A DNA stretch of 64,000 bases from an uncultured Leptospiraceae bacterium (GTDB taxonomy: Bacteria > Spirochaetota > UBA4802 > UB4802): positions 38,693 to 102,692 of the forward strand of contig CAZVRB010000001.1 of the NCBI GenBank assembly GCA_964629365.1, in the 5' to 3' direction. Made by a program: the position numbers and the translations under genes. The notes beneath the pieces were generated by a model. That model did not search any database. It was not told the origin of the DNA and saw nothing but the letters and a program-made list of their open reading frames with translations. Below, piece by piece: positions 37,261-49,396 of the stretch (position 1 is the first letter of the stretch; the number at the start of each line of letters is the position of its first letter).

Positions 37261-38274
37261 TCACTTACCCCTAAGTAAATATGCAAGGTGTATCGCTTCA
37301 ACCATGCTTGAGTATCCCGCCACGTTTTTCCCTGCTATATCAAATGCTGTTCCATGATCAACCGAAGTTCTTACAATTGAAAGTCCAAGTGTTACATTTA
37401 CCCCATTCTCGAAGGCCAGAACCTTGAATGGAATCAATCCCTGGTCATGATACATTGCCACTACACAATCATACTGCTCCCATTTCCCCGGCATAAACAG
37501 TGTATCTGCCGCGTAAGGGCCTGATATATTCATATCCATTTGTTTCATTTTTTCAACCAGGGGTGTTGTTACTGTAGTATCAAATTCACCGATCGCACCC
37601 CCATCACCGCAATGGGGATCAAGACCGCATATAGCCATATTTGCTGATCTTCCTTCGATTTTTGAAATGGCCTGGTAGCCGGTTTCTACTGCACGCTGAA
37701 TTTTATCACTTGTAACTTCATCTTTCACACGTGAAACTGGTATGTGTGTGGTCACAAGCAGTACCCTGTACTTCGGCGAAAACATGAGCATGGAGGGGTT
37801 ATCTTCACCTATATAGTCTGCTATATATTCCGTATGCCCCGTGAATGAGACACCACTCCTTTCAATCAGCGACTTGTTTACAGGCCCTGTTACCATGCAG
37901 TCGATTATTCCAGTTTTCCATAATTCGAGGGCAATATTAACATATCGTAGTGATTCACGGCCGGTATCCACATTTCCCCTGCCTGGAACAGGCAGCTCCC
38001 CCGAGTAAGGCACATTGCAGATAATGTGAGAATCTGCATGATTAAGTTGGGTATGAAGGTTTTCCGGGTCAGTTATGATATATGTGCCAAATATATCAGC
38101 CTTATACAGCTTCAATACTTCGTATGAACCAATCAACACAGGTATAAAAGGCAAGCTTGATTCTTTAAGATTTGCAAGGGTTTTTAATGCTATTTCAGGA
38201 CCCACACCAGCCGGATCCCCCATGGTGATACCAATGACTTGTTTATGCTTCCGCAAGGAACTCCTCTGGCACAA
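37261..38274 (-). CDS. pdxA: 4-hydroxythreonine-4-phosphate dehydrogenase PdxA family
   Basis: 337 aa. PdxA/PdxA2 fold motifs (GDPAGVGPEI, HTEY, metal-binding His). Confidence 0.8.
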   Translation of the reverse strand: MCQRSSLRKHKQVIGITMGDPAGVGPEIALKTLANLKESSLPFIPVLIGSYEVLKLYKADIFGTYIITDPENLHTQLNHADSHIICNVPYSGELPVPGRGNVDTGRESLRYVNIALELWKTGIIDCMVTGPVNKSLIERSGVSFTGHTEYIADYIGEDNPSMLMFSPKYRVLLVTTHIPVSRVKDEVTSDKIQRAVETGYQAISKIEGRSANMAICGLDPHCGDGGAIGEFDTTVTTPLVEKMKQMDMNISGPYAADTLFMPGKWEQYDCVVAMYHDQGLIPFKVLAFENGVNVTLGLSIVRTSVDHGTAFDIAGKNVAGYSSMVEAIHLAYLLRGK

Positions 38275-38668
38275 GCTTGTTCTTCTCGTATTCGGCGTCG
38301 ATAAGATCTTTTGCAGAAGATTTCAGATCATTGGCAATGGTACATCGACCTTCCAGTATAACGCCATTTTGTATTATGAGCTCAGGAGTTTTAATATCAC
38401 CCAGTATTTTCGCGGTGGGCATGAGCAGAACCCTGTTTGACGCATTTATATTTCCTATCACCATGCCCTCAATGATGACTGAAACAGCATTAATATTTGT
38501 TCTTATTTTCCCATTCGGGCCGATATATAGTTGATCTGCCTGCAGGTACTTTCCCTCAAATCTACCATCAATTCTCAAAGAACCGTTTATGAGGAACCTT
38601 CCGGTAAAATATGAACTTTCTCCAATTACGTTGTTTGCTACATCTCCACCGGTTTTCGCTAATGCCAT
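38243..38668 (-). CDS. Bactofilin (polymer-forming cytoskeletal protein)
   Basis: 141 aa. Repetitive beta-helical bactofilin pattern (INGSLRIDGRFEGK..IGPNGKI...IEGMVIGNI). Overlaps pdxA start by 32 nt. Confidence 0.75.
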   Translation of the reverse strand: MALAKTGGDVANNVIGESSYFTGRFLINGSLRIDGRFEGKYLQADQLYIGPNGKIRTNINAVSVIIEGMVIGNINASNRVLLMPTAKILGDIKTPELIIQNGVILEGRCTIANDLKSSAKDLIDAEYEKNKLVPEEFLAEA

Positions 38669-38766
38669 TTTTACACCTTATCGCTTATTAAATTCATCAT
38701 TCTAACAACACTATATAGTATTGAATCTGAAGCTTGTCAAATCAATTCTATGATTCTTCCAGTATA

Positions 38767-39543
38767 TTATTTATAATTTTTTATATCAGGGACAACTATA
38801 ACCTGTTTTGCTTCATCAACAAAACCTTTCATGTATTTCAACGCGTCAAGCACGTTCCATCCATCAAAGGTTCTGTATTTCTCATAATCAGAATACACAA
38901 TAATTTCATCAGAATTCAGAACCATTGTACCCCCAAATTCACTGTCAGCAATAACATCGGTAATAAAATCTTTTACGGCACTGAAAAAAGCATGGATCTC
39001 GATAAGAAATATTCTTCCCTGCTTTACCCGCATAAGATTCAACTGGCTAACGTATTCACCTGATTTTGTTCTTTCCAGGTCATCAAGAGTCTGATAAAAT
39101 ATTTTAAAGGCCCTGTTACATTCATCAAGTTTCCGATACAGCACGTCCCTTTCGGCAGAATTTGAAAAATCAAGTTTGGAATGCTGATCTGAAATAACAC
39201 CCCATATCCTGTCTTCAAAATATTTCATTAAACTTGCGGCTATATTTATTTCTTCGTCATCCCTGTAGGGTGATATTTTTTCTACCGGCACAACCTTGAT
39301 ATACTTATAACCACTCAGCATCTCTTCCCTTGAAGGCTCTGCCAACAGGTCATCTGTAGCAATTGCTTCTTCAAGATCTTTCACCGATACATCCGGATAC
39401 ATTTCTTTTAACATGTTACGCAATGATTCCATGTCTTTTTTTACCCGTGCACGCTGCGAGGGGTCCCCTGATGTTTTCATAACACCTTCAAGGGCCTTTA
39501 TCGATTTAACAATCTGCCTTGCTTTTTTCTTTTTCTCATCCAT
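38767..39543 (-). CDS. Hypothetical protein
   Basis: 258-aa soluble charged protein. No family recognised. Confidence 0.4.
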   Translation of the reverse strand: MDEKKKKARQIVKSIKALEGVMKTSGDPSQRARVKKDMESLRNMLKEMYPDVSVKDLEEAIATDDLLAEPSREEMLSGYKYIKVVPVEKISPYRDDEEINIAASLMKYFEDRIWGVISDQHSKLDFSNSAERDVLYRKLDECNRAFKIFYQTLDDLERTKSGEYVSQLNLMRVKQGRIFLIEIHAFFSAVKDFITDVIADSEFGGTMVLNSDEIIVYSDYEKYRTFDGWNVLDALKYMKGFVDEAKQVIVVPDIKNYK

Positions 39544-39743
39544 TATTAATTATGTAACCCCAGCATTATTACTGAATTATTCCGCTTACGCATAAGGCTA
39601 TGATAATTTAAAAATAATGCAAGCCAAAAATAGGATACCTACTTATAAAAACTTGAGTGGATTATGTCACAAAAAAATCATAATCATTCATTAATATACC
39701 AGTTTTTCCGATATAATATATAACTCTATTACTTTCACATAAT

Positions 39744-40679
39744 ATGCAAAATATGATGGCTAAACATTTTTTTACATTACATATATTCGCGATTACTGTT
39801 GCCTTGTTCATTGGAGCATGGACACCCGGCTGGTCTGAAAATATAATACCCTCAATATCTTCACTTAAACGTAGCAATCCAGAATTGAAAAGCATTCGGG
39901 AGGATGTTCGTACTGCACTATTTGTAATAAAGAGTGGACGCAGTGCTGAACAGGTACCACAGTTACGGTTCTTTAAATACAGGGTAAAACAGGAAGATAC
40001 ATTCTGGACTATCCTTGCAAAAACCTCTTTGGATATGGATACACTTATAACTGCCAACAATCTTGCAACTCCACGTGATATCGCCAACGGAATGACCATA
40101 TATATACCCAATATGCGTGGCATAATTTATAAAAAGAAAAGCAATGAATCTTTGGATGACATCTCCCGCAAATTTAAAGGTACCCCAGAAGTTCTTAAGA
40201 TTGTTAACAAAATGGACAACAAAGCCAAACCGGTTATCTTTATCCCATGTGGTAAACTTTCCAGTCTTGAGCGCTCATTGTTTCTTGGTACCGCATTCGC
40301 TTCACCTGTCAACAGTGGAAGAAAAACATCGGGATTTGGTGTAAGAAAAGATCCTATTCAACATGATAAAAGATTTCATAGTGGAATAGATATTGCCTGC
40401 CCGATAGGAACACGTGTGAACTCAGCAAGGAATGGTAGAGTCATTTTTTCTGGTTACAGTGGTGGTTACGGAAAACTGGTTATCGTCAAGCATAGCCGTA
40501 ATTATTGTACCTATTATGGACACCTGAATAAAATTTTGGTGAAAAAGGGCGACACAGTTTCAACTGGTCAAAAAATCGCTATTTCAGGAAACACTGGAAG
40601 AACTACCGGGCCACATCTTCACTTTGAGGTTAGAAAATACGAAAAGCCAATTGATCCAGGATTATTACTTAACAGGTAA
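39744..40679 (+). CDS. LysM domain-containing M23 family metallopeptidase (LytM-like)
   Basis: Signal peptide. Two LysM-like segments (YRVKQEDTFWTILAK..., IYKKKSNESLDDISRKF...). C-terminal M23 motifs (HSGIDIA...GHLHFEVR). Confidence 0.8.
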   Translation: MQNMMAKHFFTLHIFAITVALFIGAWTPGWSENIIPSISSLKRSNPELKSIREDVRTALFVIKSGRSAEQVPQLRFFKYRVKQEDTFWTILAKTSLDMDTLITANNLATPRDIANGMTIYIPNMRGIIYKKKSNESLDDISRKFKGTPEVLKIVNKMDNKAKPVIFIPCGKLSSLERSLFLGTAFASPVNSGRKTSGFGVRKDPIQHDKRFHSGIDIACPIGTRVNSARNGRVIFSGYSGGYGKLVIVKHSRNYCTYYGHLNKILVKKGDTVSTGQKIAISGNTGRTTGPHLHFEVRKYEKPIDPGLLLNR

Positions 40680-40690
40680 TCAACACACAA

Positions 40691-42580
40691 TTAGTCAATC
40701 GCATCAAGAAGTGAATACAGATTATCACCATCTTCTGGAAATTCAGCCATAAGAAAAGTAATCAGTAATTGTAATTCCCTGGTACTGAAATTCTGCACCA
40801 TCTCGTTTCTTATTGTATTAGCCAGTGGAACAGCATACTTTTTATTTTTACCTGGTAAAACCAGTAAAAATTTATTTCTATCTATACGAACTGTAAAGTC
40901 CGTGTCAGACAGCCTTTGCATGATTGTTGATTCAAGATATTTTAGAAGTTCATCTGTTTTTTTATTTCCGAACGTATTCATGTACCTTTTGAAATTTTTT
41001 ATCGAAAAGAGAACTACCGTCACAGGTATATTCAACCTTGAAGCATTAATTACTTCGCTCTCAATACGTTTATACACCGGAAGAACAACATCAACATATT
41101 GATCAAAACGATGCTCCTGAGATTCCATTCCCATATAGTTCAGCATAAGAAGATTTGATGTTGCACTGATGCGATTGAAAAGCCGTTCCTTTTCAGAATA
41201 ATCATTCAATTTGAATACTAACATGAAACCAACGAGATTCTCTCCAATTTTCATTGGGAACAACCAGAAAAGTGTCATCTTTTTGATTCTGTTGTCTCCG
41301 AAGGCATCTTTAATTGATTTCATCCTGTCAAACTCATCAATGATAGTGCTTTCGGAAATATCAGCCACAAGAGATGATAATGAACTATTCTTATTTATAA
41401 AAAAATCATCTTCATCAAGAGATAATAAATCTTCTTCTTCAACTGTTACTAACTTATATCTATCATATACATAATCTTCAATAAACACAGCATAACTCAT
41501 TACACCAAGTCCTGAGAGTTCATTCTGCACAGTTTCACGATAATGAGACAGCGACGCATATCTTCTTAACTCGTCCTGCAATTCTCTTACGTGGGAGAAA
41601 TAGCTCATTTCATTTCTGTAATTATCAATATCATTTTCCATCATGGAAATAGTATGAACCTTTTCAAACGCAATGGCAGCAATTTCTGATACTGCCCTTA
41701 TAAAATCTTTTTCTTCATCTGTATAATCACCAATAGTTATTTTATCTCCAAGCACTATTGCTCCATATACCTGGCCATCATAACGCAGGGGACAGACAAG
41801 GCGAGCATCAATTGAAATAAACTGATAATATTCATCCTGGTATTCCTGGTTATTACTGAATCCTTCTATATCAATTATTTCCCGTGAAGATGTAATTTTA
41901 TTCATTATTCCGGTATCACTGCTAAAACTTATTTTTTTGTTTTTTATTGTAATACCACGTGATTCAGCAATTTTAAATACAGTTGTATCATTTGAATCAA
42001 TAATCAGTATAGAGGAAGATGATGCACCAATTTGGCCCATTATAGAAAACAAAATAACATCATATAACTCATTCAATGTTCTTGCTTTTACGATCTCCTT
42101 CCCAATTTCATACAGAATAAGAAAATCCTGAAACTTCTTATCTGGTTTTCCGGTATAGGTTGATTCTTCATCACCATCAATATTTGTTTCAATATTTTCA
42201 TTTAGTTCTTCAATTTTCGTTTCATCCTGGTCCTGTACTGTATTTCCTGCTTTTTTAATATATTCGGGCTCCGGTTCGTCTTCACTTCCCAGGGGGCCTT
42301 CTTCCATTAATACTTTTCCACCGGCAGGTTCTTTCTCAGGCTCCTTCTTCTCTTTTTTATCCTGTAGTTTTTCCTCGTCATGGCTTTGCCGTTGCACTTT
42401 TAATGTATCCGAAGGTGATCCATTTTCTTCTGGAAGTGAAAAAATATCATCATTTTCTTGTTCGGGTATTGATTTCTCGAATTCAGTGTCAGCAGGTCCC
42501 TCTATTCGGTCAATCAAAGTTTCCTTACCCTTCTTATTGATTTCCTGTTTAAATTGAAGTGCTTTTTCAAGTAATCCCAT
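40691..42580 (-). CDS. GAF domain protein with degenerate GGDEF-like C-terminal domain and acidic N-terminal region
   Basis: 629 aa. Acidic disordered N-terminus. GAF-like middle. The C-terminus aligns to GGDEF folds (VVLFSIKNFKRYMNTFGNKKTDELL...RIDRNKFLLVLPG), but the GG[DE]EF signature is replaced by DRNKF. Confidence 0.5.
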   Translation of the reverse strand: MGLLEKALQFKQEINKKGKETLIDRIEGPADTEFEKSIPEQENDDIFSLPEENGSPSDTLKVQRQSHDEEKLQDKKEKKEPEKEPAGGKVLMEEGPLGSEDEPEPEYIKKAGNTVQDQDETKIEELNENIETNIDGDEESTYTGKPDKKFQDFLILYEIGKEIVKARTLNELYDVILFSIMGQIGASSSSILIIDSNDTTVFKIAESRGITIKNKKISFSSDTGIMNKITSSREIIDIEGFSNNQEYQDEYYQFISIDARLVCPLRYDGQVYGAIVLGDKITIGDYTDEEKDFIRAVSEIAAIAFEKVHTISMMENDIDNYRNEMSYFSHVRELQDELRRYASLSHYRETVQNELSGLGVMSYAVFIEDYVYDRYKLVTVEEEDLLSLDEDDFFINKNSSLSSLVADISESTIIDEFDRMKSIKDAFGDNRIKKMTLFWLFPMKIGENLVGFMLVFKLNDYSEKERLFNRISATSNLLMLNYMGMESQEHRFDQYVDVVLPVYKRIESEVINASRLNIPVTVVLFSIKNFKRYMNTFGNKKTDELLKYLESTIMQRLSDTDFTVRIDRNKFLLVLPGKNKKYAVPLANTIRNEMVQNFSTRELQLLITFLMAEFPEDGDNLYSLLDAID

Positions 42581-42583
42581 TTC

Positions 42584-44794
42584 TTATATTCCCAGATCAT
42601 TTAGTACTTTTACGTACAGATCAAAATATTCAGAATTCGCAAAATTCTTAATAACATCTTCTGGCAGTTCCTCAAATAGATTATCCAGGTATGCCATCAG
42701 TTTTCTTATATTTTCCTGCTTCTCCACTGGCATTGTATCAACAAAACGATTAAGATCGTCTTTGTTATCCAGAATAACAACTTTATCGCTTATATCTAAG
42801 GCTTCGTCTTTTGCCGAAACATGCTTTTCTGTCTTTTCAGAAATTACATCATCCCCTGAGACTGCCTTTTTTTCTTCTGCTTTTTCAGCTATAGTGTAAT
42901 CATCTTTTGAATAATTTGGATCCATCGTTTTCAATCGTGATACTATATCGTCAACATTCTCTTCAAAAACAACGGCCCCTTCAGATTCTACATCTTCCTC
43001 AATACTCTTTTTTTCTCTCTCAGTCAGGCTTTGAGGATCCGCTATAAAATAACTAATATCTTTAACTATATCAAAATCTTCTCCTGCCTGATCCATTCCA
43101 ACTTGATCAACACCAAATTGATCAGCAACATTAATACTTTCATACTCTTTTTCAAAAACTGAACCCTCGAAAAAATTAAGTTCATCTCGAGTTAATCCAA
43201 GTAATTCAACTGCGGGTGTAATTCCTTTCTTTTTCTTCTGTTCATAATATTCATCAATCTCATGCAGGTATTTATCGTAGTCATCGGCCATAAATGCATT
43301 ATCAATAAATATAACATCATCATCTTTAAACTTGAACTCCTCTTCGAAGTCAATCAGTAGATCTTCAAAAGTTGGAAGAGTTCCTTTCATTATATACGCT
43401 ATTTTTTCTTCATCCCTTGTGGGATCTGCTTCTTTTAGTATCTTTGCTTCCCCTTCAATCACCTCAATAATACCTGACGATATCCGATCAAGAGAATCTT
43501 CTTCAAAAACAGAAACCGTTTCATCATATTCCCGATCCACCATTTCATCATCAACAATCCTAAATTGATCTGCTGAGCCACCTGTCATTTCCAGTCCATG
43601 GGGGATTTTTTCTACTACCCCAGGAGGCTCGATAGGGACATTATTCCCGGGGACATAAGCAGAACCTTTATCATACTCCATATCCTCATCTGTTATACCC
43701 GCATCTGAAATTTCATCTGGTAGTTCTGCTTCAACAGGAGATGTATCTTCATCATTTAATCCTGTTATCTCTTCATGTTCCTCAGCTTTTTCAGCTCTGT
43801 CAGCGTCTTCTGCTTCATGTACCGGTTCATGCGGCTCTGTTGAAGACAATACTTCCCTGTCCTCTTCCTGTACATTTGCAATATTTTCATTCGTAACAGG
43901 TTCTTCTATCACTTCTTCTTGAATAAAATCCATTTCATCATGAACTTCTTCTTCTCTTTCCCTTTCTTCACTGTTTTCATCTATTTCCGATGATTCCTTT
44001 GTAAAAGACTCCCTGATTGTTCCTGCTGGTGATTCATTCTTCTCAAGCGGAGTTAGTTCAAAGTCTTCAAGCTCTTCCACAAGGTCATCTTCATTTAGAA
44101 AGAGAATGTCCTCATTTGCTATTTCTTCAGCCTCGTTAAGATCGATGGAATCAAAATTATCTATTTCCATATTTTCATATAGCTTGTTTCTAAATTCTTC
44201 AGGAATATCTATTGTTAACTTGTCTTTATCAACTTTTTCTTCTACTTTGTGTTCTTCCTGCGAGCTCTTTATTTTTGATGACCTGCTTTCATCACTATAC
44301 TCAACATCTTCCAGACTTGAATCTGGTAAGTCTTCAATAATAAATTCATTCCTCTCGTCATCAAAATACATACCTTCAGAATCGTGATCTTCAATATGAA
44401 TACCAGTTGTATCATCTTTGTGTTGCTCTGCTGATTCGGTTTTTTTTACATCTTCGTCTGTGAACTGTTGAGTTACAGTTTTCTTTTCCTGGTTATCATC
44501 AATATCATTTAATTGATCAATTTGAGAAGTGAGGTTTAAAATATCAACTTCATCTTCAGTGGAGGTTCCTTCAATAAAACCATCTGCAATCTCGATATTA
44601 TTACTTGCCTTCTCTTCAAGATCAGTAATCTCTTCAAAAGTTGCATCGGGCATATCTTCTAGAATGTCTTCTGTTTCAAGAGGATCCGTCTCCTCTGAAA
44701 TCGAAACCTTTTCAGGGAATTCTGACACTTCCTCCAGTTCTATACCGTATGTATTTTCCTGTTTTTTATCGCCCATAACTTTCATCTCAACCAA
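42584..44794 (-). CDS. Hyper-acidic low-complexity protein (D/E-rich, 736 aa)
   Basis: Very high Asp/Glu content throughout, with no TM helix or signal peptide. Contiguous with the GAF protein gene downstream (3-nt spacer). Confidence 0.5.
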   Translation of the reverse strand: MVEMKVMGDKKQENTYGIELEEVSEFPEKVSISEETDPLETEDILEDMPDATFEEITDLEEKASNNIEIADGFIEGTSTEDEVDILNLTSQIDQLNDIDDNQEKKTVTQQFTDEDVKKTESAEQHKDDTTGIHIEDHDSEGMYFDDERNEFIIEDLPDSSLEDVEYSDESRSSKIKSSQEEHKVEEKVDKDKLTIDIPEEFRNKLYENMEIDNFDSIDLNEAEEIANEDILFLNEDDLVEELEDFELTPLEKNESPAGTIRESFTKESSEIDENSEEREREEEVHDEMDFIQEEVIEEPVTNENIANVQEEDREVLSSTEPHEPVHEAEDADRAEKAEEHEEITGLNDEDTSPVEAELPDEISDAGITDEDMEYDKGSAYVPGNNVPIEPPGVVEKIPHGLEMTGGSADQFRIVDDEMVDREYDETVSVFEEDSLDRISSGIIEVIEGEAKILKEADPTRDEEKIAYIMKGTLPTFEDLLIDFEEEFKFKDDDVIFIDNAFMADDYDKYLHEIDEYYEQKKKKGITPAVELLGLTRDELNFFEGSVFEKEYESINVADQFGVDQVGMDQAGEDFDIVKDISYFIADPQSLTEREKKSIEEDVESEGAVVFEENVDDIVSRLKTMDPNYSKDDYTIAEKAEEKKAVSGDDVISEKTEKHVSAKDEALDISDKVVILDNKDDLNRFVDTMPVEKQENIRKLMAYLDNLFEELPEDVIKNFANSEYFDLYVKVLNDLGI

Positions 44795-44988
44795 ATGGTA
44801 TGAATTGTATCATTATTAATCAATTATAAAATTCTTCCTCGATACTAAACTTTTCTAATTAACAATATATCTATATTATTTCAATTCATCTACCATAATA
44901 CTGATCATTTGTATAGATTATCACAGTATAAATACTATTTCACTTTATATATCGGTAACTATTAACCCTGTAATGAATCTTTAATATC

Positions 44989-45024
44989 AAAAAAAAAGGA
45001 TGTCCAATGACATCCTTTTTTGTT
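44989..45024. terminator. Bidirectional rho-independent terminator (A-run, AGGATGTC-caat-GACATCCT hairpin, T-run)
   Basis: Read directly. Lies 18 nt downstream of the atpC stop on the minus strand. Confidence 0.7.
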
Positions 45025-45041
45025 ACTTATCAGTTTATTCT

Positions 45042-45440
45042 TTATTTAGAAGCTACCTTCAATCGAGCTTTCAATTTTTTTAATTCAAGATCAATTTTGA
45101 TCCTCTCTTCCCATGTCTCTGGCTTCTCTGCAGAAGTTAACTGCGTGATCTGTGATTCTAACTGCGCTACTTGCAGTTCATCTCTTTTCTGCGCAGTTTC
45201 AGCAAGAATTATCAAATCATTATTCTTTACCTCGACAAATCCACCATCCACAAAGAAATAATCAGCCTTATCTCCAGTACGAAGGCGAATCTCACCAGTT
45301 CCAAGTTCAGAAATTAGTGGTGCATGGTTAAATAGAAAACCCATTTCTCCATCGAATGCTTCTACAACAGCAAAATCAACTTGTCCTTCATAAATTAATC
45401 TATCTGGAGTCAAAACACTGCAATTCAATTTCATAGCCAT
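45042..45440 (-). CDS. atpC: F1Fo ATP synthase epsilon subunit
   Basis: 132 aa with beta-sandwich and C-terminal helical hairpin, in the conserved position after atpD. Confidence 0.85.
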   Translation of the reverse strand: MAMKLNCSVLTPDRLIYEGQVDFAVVEAFDGEMGFLFNHAPLISELGTGEIRLRTGDKADYFFVDGGFVEVKNNDLIILAETAQKRDELQVAQLESQITQLTSAEKPETWEERIKIDLELKKLKARLKVASK

Positions 45441-45451
45441 AATGAAAACCC

Positions 45452-46894
<1,443 letters not shown>

Positions 46895-46918
46895 TCATAT
46901 AGTTCATTGTTGCACTTA

Positions 46919-47803
46919 CTATTCTAATGCTGCAGCGCCACCAACAATTTCTGTGATCTCCGTAGTGATCTTTGCCTGACGAACCCTGTTGTAGCTTACT
47001 GTCAGATCACGAATCATTTCGGTAGCAGCATCTGTTGCGTTCTTCATAGCTACCCTGCGGGCAAACTGTTCAGAAAAAGCCGATTCCAGTATACTGAGAT
47101 AAATCTTCATTTTTACGTATAATGGTAACAACGAAGAGAATATTTTGTATGGATTCGGTTCAAAAATATATTCCACATTAAATTCTTCTGCCGTCTCTTC
47201 AATATTCCCGGTTTCGGGTTTTAAAGGAAGAAGCCGTTCAGTTGTGGCTGCCTGCGTAGCTTTACTAATAATGTGAGTATATGAAATATATACTTCATCA
47301 ACTTCACCGGTAACAAAGAGATTAATAAGTTCGTTACCAAGATCTGCCGCGTCGCTGAAGGTAAAATCATCTTCCATATTGTCAGAATACTTGTACATTG
47401 TCTCACCAACAAATTTCAAATAGCTATTTGCCTTTTTCCCGATGACGTACAGTAATACTTCTTTACCTTCTTCAATTGTAAGCTGATTTTTTATCTCCAG
47501 CGCTTTGTCGATGACGTTTGTATTGTAACCTCCACACAAACCCCTGTTCCCAGCAACTAGAAGAACAAGAATTCTGCTTGGATTCGGTCGTTCCTGCAGT
47601 AGCGGATCGAACACATCTTCGACACCAGTTTGCCGCAGATTTTCGATAATCTTATTCAACTTGTTATTATATGGCATGGACCGTGAAAGCCTGTTCTGCA
47701 TCTTCTTCATCTTGGAAGTAGATACCATCTCCATAGTCCTGGTAATCTTCTGGGTACTCTTTACCGACTGTATCCTTTTTTTAATATCACGTTGTGTAGC
47801 CAC
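46919..47803 (-). CDS. atpG: F1Fo ATP synthase gamma subunit
   Basis: 294 aa, typical gamma N- and C-terminal helices. Confidence 0.9.
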   Translation of the reverse strand: MATQRDIKKRIQSVKSTQKITRTMEMVSTSKMKKMQNRLSRSMPYNNKLNKIIENLRQTGVEDVFDPLLQERPNPSRILVLLVAGNRGLCGGYNTNVIDKALEIKNQLTIEEGKEVLLYVIGKKANSYLKFVGETMYKYSDNMEDDFTFSDAADLGNELINLFVTGEVDEVYISYTHIISKATQAATTERLLPLKPETGNIEETAEEFNVEYIFEPNPYKIFSSLLPLYVKMKIYLSILESAFSEQFARRVAMKNATDAATEMIRDLTVSYNRVRQAKITTEITEIVGGAAALE

Positions 47804-47851
47804 TGTTACAACCCTCGTTTAGTATTGGATAACTACGTAACCCTCGCACCA

Positions 47852-49396
47852 TCAGGCACTTGCGCCGGCCGTACTCTTTCTTGCTATGAAATCCTGCACA
47901 TAATCAGCTGTAACCTTGCTGAACTTTTCTTCATTTTCCATAACACCGGATGAGGATATTTCTTCAAGTAAATCGCTGTGTGAATCTCTCATATACTTAA
48001 TAAACTCAGCTTCGAATTCTTTAATATCTTCAACAGCAACCTTATCAAGAAACCCCTGGGTACCAGCATATATTATGGCAACCTGTTCTTCTACCAGCAT
48101 AGGTTCATATTGTTTCTGCTTGAGGATCTCGTAAAGCCTTTCACCCCTGTCAAGCTGCTTCTGGGTTGACGCATCAAGTTCAGTACCAAGCTGTGCGAAC
48201 GCTTCAAGCTCCCTGTACTGGGCCAGGTCAAGTCGAAGAGATCCGGCAAATTTTTTCATAGCTTTTATCTGTGCGTTTCCACCTACTCGTGAAACTGATA
48301 TACCAACATCAACCGCGGGACGTAAGCCTGAAGCAAAAAGGTTTGGCTGCAGATATATCTGACCATCAGTAATAGAAATAACGTTAGTTGGGATATACGC
48401 AGAAACTTCACCTTCCTGTGTTTCAATGATTGGCAGTGCGGTCAAAGAACCCGCGCCAAGGTCATCTGACATTTTACATGCACGCTCAAGCAGTCTTGAA
48501 TGGCAATAAAAAATATCACCTGGATATGCTTCACGTCCTGGAGGACGCCTCATAAGCAGGGAAAGCTCTCTGTATGAGTTTGCCTGTTTTGAAAGGTCAT
48601 CATATACGCAGAGTGCGTGCCCATGTTTCTCAAACATGAAGTATTCACCCATGGCACAACCCGCGTAAGGTGCAATATACTGAAGGGGCGCCGGATCTGA
48701 AGCATTGGCCGCCACAACGATAGTATAATCCATTGCTCCATGTTGCTCAAGTTTCTCAACAACACCGGCAACGGTTGATGCTTTCTGCCCTATGGCAACG
48801 TAAATACATATTACATCAGTATTTTTCTGATTTATTATGGCATCAACAGCGATCGCAGTTTTACCGGTTTTCCTGTCACCAATAATAAGCTCTCTCTGGC
48901 CTCTTCCAATTGGGGTCATCGCGTCTATAGACTTAAGACCAGTCTGAAGAGGTTCTTTAACAGGCTGCCTGTCGGCAATGCCCGGTGCAATGATCTCAAC
49001 TGGACGCATTTTATCACTATTTATCGGCCCCTTCCCGTCAACCGGTACGCCAAGAGGATTAACTACACGGCCAAGAAGCTCTTCACCAACAGGAACTGCG
49101 AGAACCCTGTTAAGTCTTTTAACTGTATGACCTTCTTCAATTGTCAGGAAATCACCAAGAATAACCGCACCGATAGTATTTTCTTCAAGGTTGAATACCA
49201 GGCCATGAGCACCATTTTCAAACTCGAGCATTTCACCAGCCATGGCATTTTCAAGCCCATAGAGGCGTGCTATACCATCACCTACCTCGATAACAGTACC
49301 GGTTTCGCTGACATCCAGCTCCGATTTATATCCTTCAATCTCCTGCCTTATGATTGACTTGATTTCTTCTGTTTTAATCTTCATAAGCCACTTCAC
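47852..49396 (-). CDS. atpA: F1Fo ATP synthase alpha subunit
   Basis: 514 aa. Walker A GDRKTGKT. Confidence 0.95.
   Translation of the reverse strand: MKWLMKIKTEEIKSIIRQEIEGYKSELDVSETGTVIEVGDGIARLYGLENAMAGEMLEFENGAHGLVFNLEENTIGAVILGDFLTIEEGHTVKRLNRVLAVPVGEELLGRVVNPLGVPVDGKGPINSDKMRPVEIIAPGIADRQPVKEPLQTGLKSIDAMTPIGRGQRELIIGDRKTGKTAIAVDAIINQKNTDVICIYVAIGQKASTVAGVVEKLEQHGAMDYTIVVAANASDPAPLQYIAPYAGCAMGEYFMFEKHGHALCVYDDLSKQANSYRELSLLMRRPPGREAYPGDIFYCHSRLLERACKMSDDLGAGSLTALPIIETQEGEVSAYIPTNVISITDGQIYLQPNLFASGLRPAVDVGISVSRVGGNAQIKAMKKFAGSLRLDLAQYRELEAFAQLGTELDASTQKQLDRGERLYEILKQKQYEPMLVEEQVAIIYAGTQGFLDKVAVEDIKEFEAEFIKYMRDSHSDLLEEISSSGVMENEEKFSKVTADYVQDFIARKSTAGASA

Noticed and set aside
42584-44794. 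Considered whether the hyper-acidic gene is a tandem-repeat or CRISPR-like array
   Set aside because: No regular direct repeats with spacers. The acidity comes from dispersed GAA/GAT-rich codons in one uninterrupted reading frame.
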